Notes under the pieces: generated by a model | What the model was told of the DNA's origin: nothing | The model's database searches: none | The model's input: the letters and a program-made list of their open reading frames with translations, nothing else | Translations under genes and position numbers: made by a program | Assembly: GCA_016176465.1 (NCBI GenBank) | Contig: JACOXD010000004.1 | Location: forward strand, 114,119 to 178,118 | Direction of reading: 5' to 3' | Length of the DNA stretch: 64,000 nt | Source: Candidatus Daviesbacteria bacterium | GTDB taxonomy: Bacteria; Patescibacteriota; Microgenomatia; Daviesbacterales; UBA10151 | Part shown: positions 59,821 to 64,000 of the stretch, piece after piece | How the letters are laid out: each line of letters starts with the position of its first letter | Numbering within the stretch: the stretch's first letter is position 1

Positions 59821-61098
59821 ATGAAAGAATCCCTTGCTCAAACCCCACATTATTTAGGGGAAAATTCTATATTAGATGGGACAGGCTTTGATTTATATAA
59901 AGAAGTCCAAAGATTTTTTTTAAACTTAAATCAAGCTAACAATCCTACACCTGAGCTTGAAGCTAATATTAGAACTTATGTAGTGGAATATATCTTTAAC
60001 GGAACAGTAATACCTCATTTAGTTGATCAAGACGGCGAGGGAAATGTAATTAACAGCTATGACAAACAAAGAATAGTTAATAAAATTACCCCAAGTGAAA
60101 GAAGAGGTGTAATTTTAAGAGCTTCAGAAAAAATTGATGAGTTTTTTAGGAATTTGAGAAGAACAGGCAGAAAAGGTCTTGCAGCAGTCAATAGTCCTGA
60201 AGGTTGGACAGGAATGAGAGATAGTGAAGGAGACTTAATTGAATATGTTAATCATCAAATCCCCATTTTTTGGACGAGGGAGGATAAAAGGTTTAGGGGT
60301 TTAACTTTAGTAACTGATTTAACGCCTGAGCAATCAAAACAATTATCAATTAACTTAGGAATTAATGAGATAAAGTTATCAAGACAAGGTGAGGATTTAA
60401 TTTGCGATATTGTGGAAAACCCAGCAACATTTAGTTATCCAAGATCCCGAATTAAAACACCAGAAGATGTTTTCCAAGAGATCTTAAGAGTTAGAGGCTC
60501 TGGTGATTTTGCCTTTAAACAACAGGATGGGTCTATAAAGTATGTACCTGTTAAAAAGATGCTTGAGGATATTAGAAGGTTTGATGAGCTGCTTGAGTTT
60601 AGTGAAGAGATAGAAGTATATATTGCAAATTTAAAACAGTTTATTTTAGATAATACAATAGATTTTAAAAATCATTTTACTCAAAAAAGATTAGTGAGTG
60701 AAATAGAAAGAACAATTCTGAAAATAACAAGGGTAACTCTTATATCAAGTACAAATGTCATCCTGACCCGCCTGGGCGGGGAAGGATCCACAAAATTAGA
60801 TTCTTCGCCTTCGGCTCAGAATGACAAACACGCTTTGAATGACAATGATTATTTTCCATCTCCAGATAATTTTAAAAAAGAGATTGCTTATTTAAAGATG
60901 CAAGCAGGCTGTGCTGGAGGGGGTAAAGGAAAAAGAAAGGTTTTACTATCTGATAGTGCTAAAGTTTTAGAAAATTTAAACTCTTTTGGGGTTGGTAAAG
61001 GAAGAAGGTGTAAAATGTGTGGGGAGATAAATTATTGTAGTGAGAGTTGCTGGAAAGAGGATTGTGGTGGAGATTTGGATTTTGCAGCTGCAGCATAA
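59821..61098 (+). CDS. Hypothetical protein with C-terminal Cys cluster (zinc-ribbon-like)
   Basis: ATG after the terminator; GCAGGG and CKMC..C...C....C at the C-terminus. Confidence 0.7.
   Translation: MKESLAQTPHYLGENSILDGTGFDLYKEVQRFFLNLNQANNPTPELEANIRTYVVEYIFNGTVIPHLVDQDGEGNVINSYDKQRIVNKITPSERRGVILRASEKIDEFFRNLRRTGRKGLAAVNSPEGWTGMRDSEGDLIEYVNHQIPIFWTREDKRFRGLTLVTDLTPEQSKQLSINLGINEIKLSRQGEDLICDIVENPATFSYPRSRIKTPEDVFQEILRVRGSGDFAFKQQDGSIKYVPVKKMLEDIRRFDELLEFSEEIEVYIANLKQFILDNTIDFKNHFTQKRLVSEIERTILKITRVTLISSTNVILTRLGGEGSTKLDSSPSAQNDKHALNDNDYFPSPDNFKKEIAYLKMQAGCAGGGKGKRKVLLSDSAKVLENLNSFGVGKGRRCKMCGEINYCSESCWKEDCGGDLDFAAAA
60756..60826 (+). repeat. Family A2 element in frame
   Basis: tgtcatcctga[cccgcctgggcggg]gaaggatc..agattcttcgccttcggctcagaatgaca, encoding VILTRLGGEGSTKLDSSPSAQND. 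Confidence 0.88.
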
Positions 61099-61133
61099 GT
61101 GAAAGTTATTTCTTTGCCTGTTTATCAGTATCT

Positions 61134-61285
61134 TCAAGTATCTGCTTTATATTTTATCTCTGCAACGTCAAAAAGACTTAACCCCTTTGGCAATTCTACT
61201 AAAATATCAATATCACTGTCTTCTTTTGCTTCTCCTCGCACATACGAACCAAAGAGAACAGAACGAGTCACTCCCGCCTCTTTTG
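61134..61285 (-). pseudogene. Minimal nucleotidyltransferase (MNT antitoxin) fragment
   Basis: GVTRSVLFGSYVRGEAKEDSDIDILVE..LSLFD; both ends missing. Confidence 0.75.
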
Positions 61286-61332
61286 GGTGAAAAGATGCAT
61301 TTGAAGCTAGCTTAGGGTATAATTTAAAAACA

Positions 61333-64000
61333 ATGGCTGATGGACCTGCCAATAAAGAAGCCGACGGAAACAATGCACCGCCTGAACCCCAAGCAGGTGC
61401 GACTCCAATTGTTCCTTTAAGACCTCCTGGTTCACTAGGTGGATTTAGAAGAGGACCAGTAACTTTAGGGCCTCCAACAGAGCCTGTTACTGAAGCCCCG
61501 GATGCTGAGCCAGAAGAGGAGGAAGAAACAGCTCCATCCCAACCCATACCCCCTTCAGTGACTCCTCCTGAAGTAGTACCAAGTCCACCAGTTGCTTCCC
61601 CTTGGTGGAAAGATGCAGAACCTACTCCAGTTGCGCCTCTTGTCGCTCCACCCCTTATTCCTCCCAGTGGAGGACCTCCAGCCCCTCCTATTCCACCTAC
61701 TGGACCTCTCCCAGAAGAAGCTGGTGATGGGAAATATGAACCGGCTACTCCTTTATCTGAAATGCAAAGACAATATAATTTCCAACATATTCTAAGAGAA
61801 ATTCAGTATGTTGAGGCTACATATCCTGATGCAACCACAAGGCCGGCCGAATGGCAATCTTCTTATGAAGAGGCATTATACTTAAGGGACGCTTATTTAC
61901 AAGATGCTCAAAATAGAAATTTGTTTGCTGACTTACAAAGAGAACTCGATTTTAGCTATGTTGAATTACAAAATGAGTTCTCTCAAAACCCAGCAGCAGG
62001 TTTTCGTTTGGTTAGGAAATTAAGACAGCAAGATGTTGAAGGGGGTATTTGGAGAGATCCCAGATTTGCTGGATTCAAGAGCTGGGGAGAAGGTATCCCA
62101 GATATATATTGGCATACTGGCATAAATAGAATACTACAAGCTTTGGAAGGAAATCCAGCTACTGCTTTTGCTGCTTGGGAATGGCAATCTCCTGCTCTGA
62201 CACCGGAACAAAAGAAAGCTTCCGAAATTCCCCGTGGCAGCTCAGAGTTTAAAGAATTAATGAAAAAAATTAATATTCTTTCTAGAAAATTGTTGTCAAA
62301 AACTATCCCTGTGGATATTAGAATCCAACTAGAGACAGAGCTTACTCAAGCAAAAGAGGCTCGAGATAAACTTGTTGTTGAAGCGAACGACCTAGGTCTA
62401 ATTAGTAATGAATTAAAATGGTTTTTATATAGCCGCTGGAGGTATTTTAGAATCAGGTTGCCTTTGGATCAAAGAAGGGATGAATTTGAACAATATAAAA
62501 ATGATGCTAAACTAAGATCACAAGAAAACCCAGCATTTTGGGAGCAAAATATGGGAGAAAATGGAGAAGATCTTTTTGTTAAGTATGGGGGAGTTATTGA
62601 TTACTTTTGGCAGGAAGGTTGGGATTTAATGGGTTTAGCTATTTTTAAAGATAGATGGGATGATTTTTCTAAAAAAGTTCAGGAGTCAGCAGTGGGTAAA
62701 ATTTGGAATATAGAGGATTTGAAGGGAAATCCAGTAGTAGGAGTAGAGGCTATAAAAAATCTGATTGAAAAAATCAGAATATCTAGAAAACGGTATGCTT
62801 ATTCGCGTGAACGAATAGGTAGTCTAGTTCCTCTAGTCGATGATATTGATGAGCTTCCGGATGTAGTCCTGGATTACTTTAGAAGATCAGCAAAGGCTTT
62901 AGGTAAGGCTAGAATAGATGTACTAATTCAAAATATTGAGCAAAAGAAAAACACTGAGGGGGCAACTTTATTTGATGAATTTTTGCAACTTTTTCCAGAG
63001 TATGAAAATGACCCCCGGGTAGAGCGAGCTCAGGCTTTGATGAATGCAATGTTTAGTATGTTTGGGGCTGAAGCTATTGCTGGAAAAGGTAAAGAAGCAT
63101 GGCCAGGATTTTTCCATTTCTTAAAAGATTTTGTTCAAGATTGGCAAAGCAATTTTGATGCGTTATATTTCAAGCCATTAGTTGCAAGAGCTTTGTATTT
63201 ATTTGCTCAAAACGATGGCGAGTATTTTCGGTTAGGTGCGGTTAGTGAAGAAGATCCTGAACTAGGAGAAATGGAGGCTTTTAAAAAAGCTAAAAAAAGA
63301 GAATTTGTTGAGGATCTAGTAAGACATAAATTAAGAGGTACTAAAGATTTACTAAATAATCATCCTGTTTTCCAACGTTTAAAGAAAAAATTGGATGATT
63401 TAGATAGAAATGATCCAGACTACAATAGTCCAGATTTTGTACCCAGATGGGAAGAATATACCCAAAAAGCCTTGGCAGCTGCCAGCATGAAAACAGCTGC
63501 AGAACAAGCCATACGTGGTGAGGGAGTTGAGGAGCTAGTTGATGAGAAAGAGGAACGAATTAAATTTGAACATGTATTAGCTAGATCTTTAACTGAGGCA
63601 GAATTTGAGGCTATGTATGAAGAAATACAGATACAAGATGTAGAGGATTTTGCAGCAAAGAAGAAAGAAGCAACAGAGGCTGTTGCTATAGCAGAAAGGA
63701 TGATGATTGTTTTAGGTCCAGGAAACAGATTTGCTGGACCCAGGTTAAAGCCCGATGGTGGTGGATTAAAACTAATGTCTGCTGAGGTAAGAGGCAGACT
63801 AGTTCGCTATCTTGAACTTGATGCGAAGAGACCCGTAGATCAGCAAGTATTTAGAGTTACTCATACTTTACATAAATTGGGAATTCATACAACCTTGCCG
63901 GTCTTTAATATGTTTCATCTAGGGGCAGATGACCCAATCCGAACCGCCTTTGAAAAGCATCTTGATAAAAGTGGATTTGATGTAAGTGGAATGAGATGGA
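61333..64000 (+). CDS. Large hypothetical protein (runs off the window), Pro-rich N-terminus
   Basis: Frame reads open from MADGPANKEADG to the window end (about 889 aa); absent from the ORF track because it has no stop here. Confidence 0.8.
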   Translation, partial: MADGPANKEADGNNAPPEPQAGATPIVPLRPPGSLGGFRRGPVTLGPPTEPVTEAPDAEPEEEEETAPSQPIPPSVTPPEVVPSPPVASPWWKDAEPTPVAPLVAPPLIPPSGGPPAPPIPPTGPLPEEAGDGKYEPATPLSEMQRQYNFQHILREIQYVEATYPDATTRPAEWQSSYEEALYLRDAYLQDAQNRNLFADLQRELDFSYVELQNEFSQNPAAGFRLVRKLRQQDVEGGIWRDPRFAGFKSWGEGIPDIYWHTGINRILQALEGNPATAFAAWEWQSPALTPEQKKASEIPRGSSEFKELMKKINILSRKLLSKTIPVDIRIQLETELTQAKEARDKLVVEANDLGLISNELKWFLYSRWRYFRIRLPLDQRRDEFEQYKNDAKLRSQENPAFWEQNMGENGEDLFVKYGGVIDYFWQEGWDLMGLAIFKDRWDDFSKKVQESAVGKIWNIEDLKGNPVVGVEAIKNLIEKIRISRKRYAYSRERIGSLVPLVDDIDELPDVVLDYFRRSAKALGKARIDVLIQNIEQKKNTEGATLFDEFLQLFPEYENDPRVERAQALMNAMFSMFGAEAIAGKGKEAWPGFFHFLKDFVQDWQSNFDALYFKPLVARALYLFAQNDGEYFRLGAVSEEDPELGEMEAFKKAKKREFVEDLVRHKLRGTKDLLNNHPVFQRLKKKLDDLDRNDPDYNSPDFVPRWEEYTQKALAAASMKTAAEQAIRGEGVEELVDEKEERIKFEHVLARSLTEAEFEAMYEEIQIQDVEDFAAKKKEATEAVAIAERMMIVLGPGNRFAGPRLKPDGGGLKLMSAEVRGRLVRYLELDAKRPVDQQVFRVTHTLHKLGIHTTLPVFNMFHLGADDPIRTAFEKHLDKSGFDVSGMRW

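Noticed and set aside
6195-60826. CRISPR array interpretation of the palindromic repeats
   Set aside because: Copies are dispersed with no repeat-spacer periodicity and no cas genes.
61286-61547. N-terminal part of minus-strand ORF 61134..61547
   Set aside because: Antisense shadow of the Pro-rich + strand gene; only the MNT part looks real.
701-61795. Short ORFs antisense or out of frame within known genes (e.g. 9198, 22044, 39131, 51140, 54569, 56602, 61592)
   Set aside because: Fully overlap well-supported genes and show no motifs.
1-64000. tRNA/rRNA genes and alternative genetic code
   Set aside because: No cloverleaf or rRNA-like tract was seen in the intergenic gaps; TGA terminates several clear genes.

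Overview
AT-rich bacterial chromosome segment using the standard code (TGA serves as stop). Gene content suggests a Candidate Phyla Radiation/Patescibacteria genome, probably Microgenomates; this is inferred from the DUF4012, PEGA/SH3, VanW, pilin-like 'QKGF' and PrgI/VirB4 genes. It spans the replication origin (jag-yidC-yidD-rnpA-rpmH / dnaA-[nuclease]-dnaN, with DnaA boxes) plus sbcCD, metG, tatD, cell-envelope genes, ispG, groESL, murB, tsaD, valS and rplY, and a PrgI/VirB4 secretion-like cluster. The most notable signal is a set of at least five families of small GC-rich palindromic or heptamer elements. They sit in frame inside housekeeping proteins (SbcD, MurB twice, TsaD, ValS twice, TatD, a reverse transcriptase), nest inside each other, and lie inside the aptamers of two riboswitches (SAM-I and cobalamin-like). 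Both riboswitches precede genes of unknown function. A degraded DGR-type reverse transcriptase with a divergent Avd fragment interrupts sbcDC, and an Avd-like four-helix-bundle gene lies antisense at the end of valS. About a dozen short deletion scars, including one in metG, suggest local assembly errors, so all pseudogene calls are tentative. All calls come from reading the sequence by eye; no searches were run.
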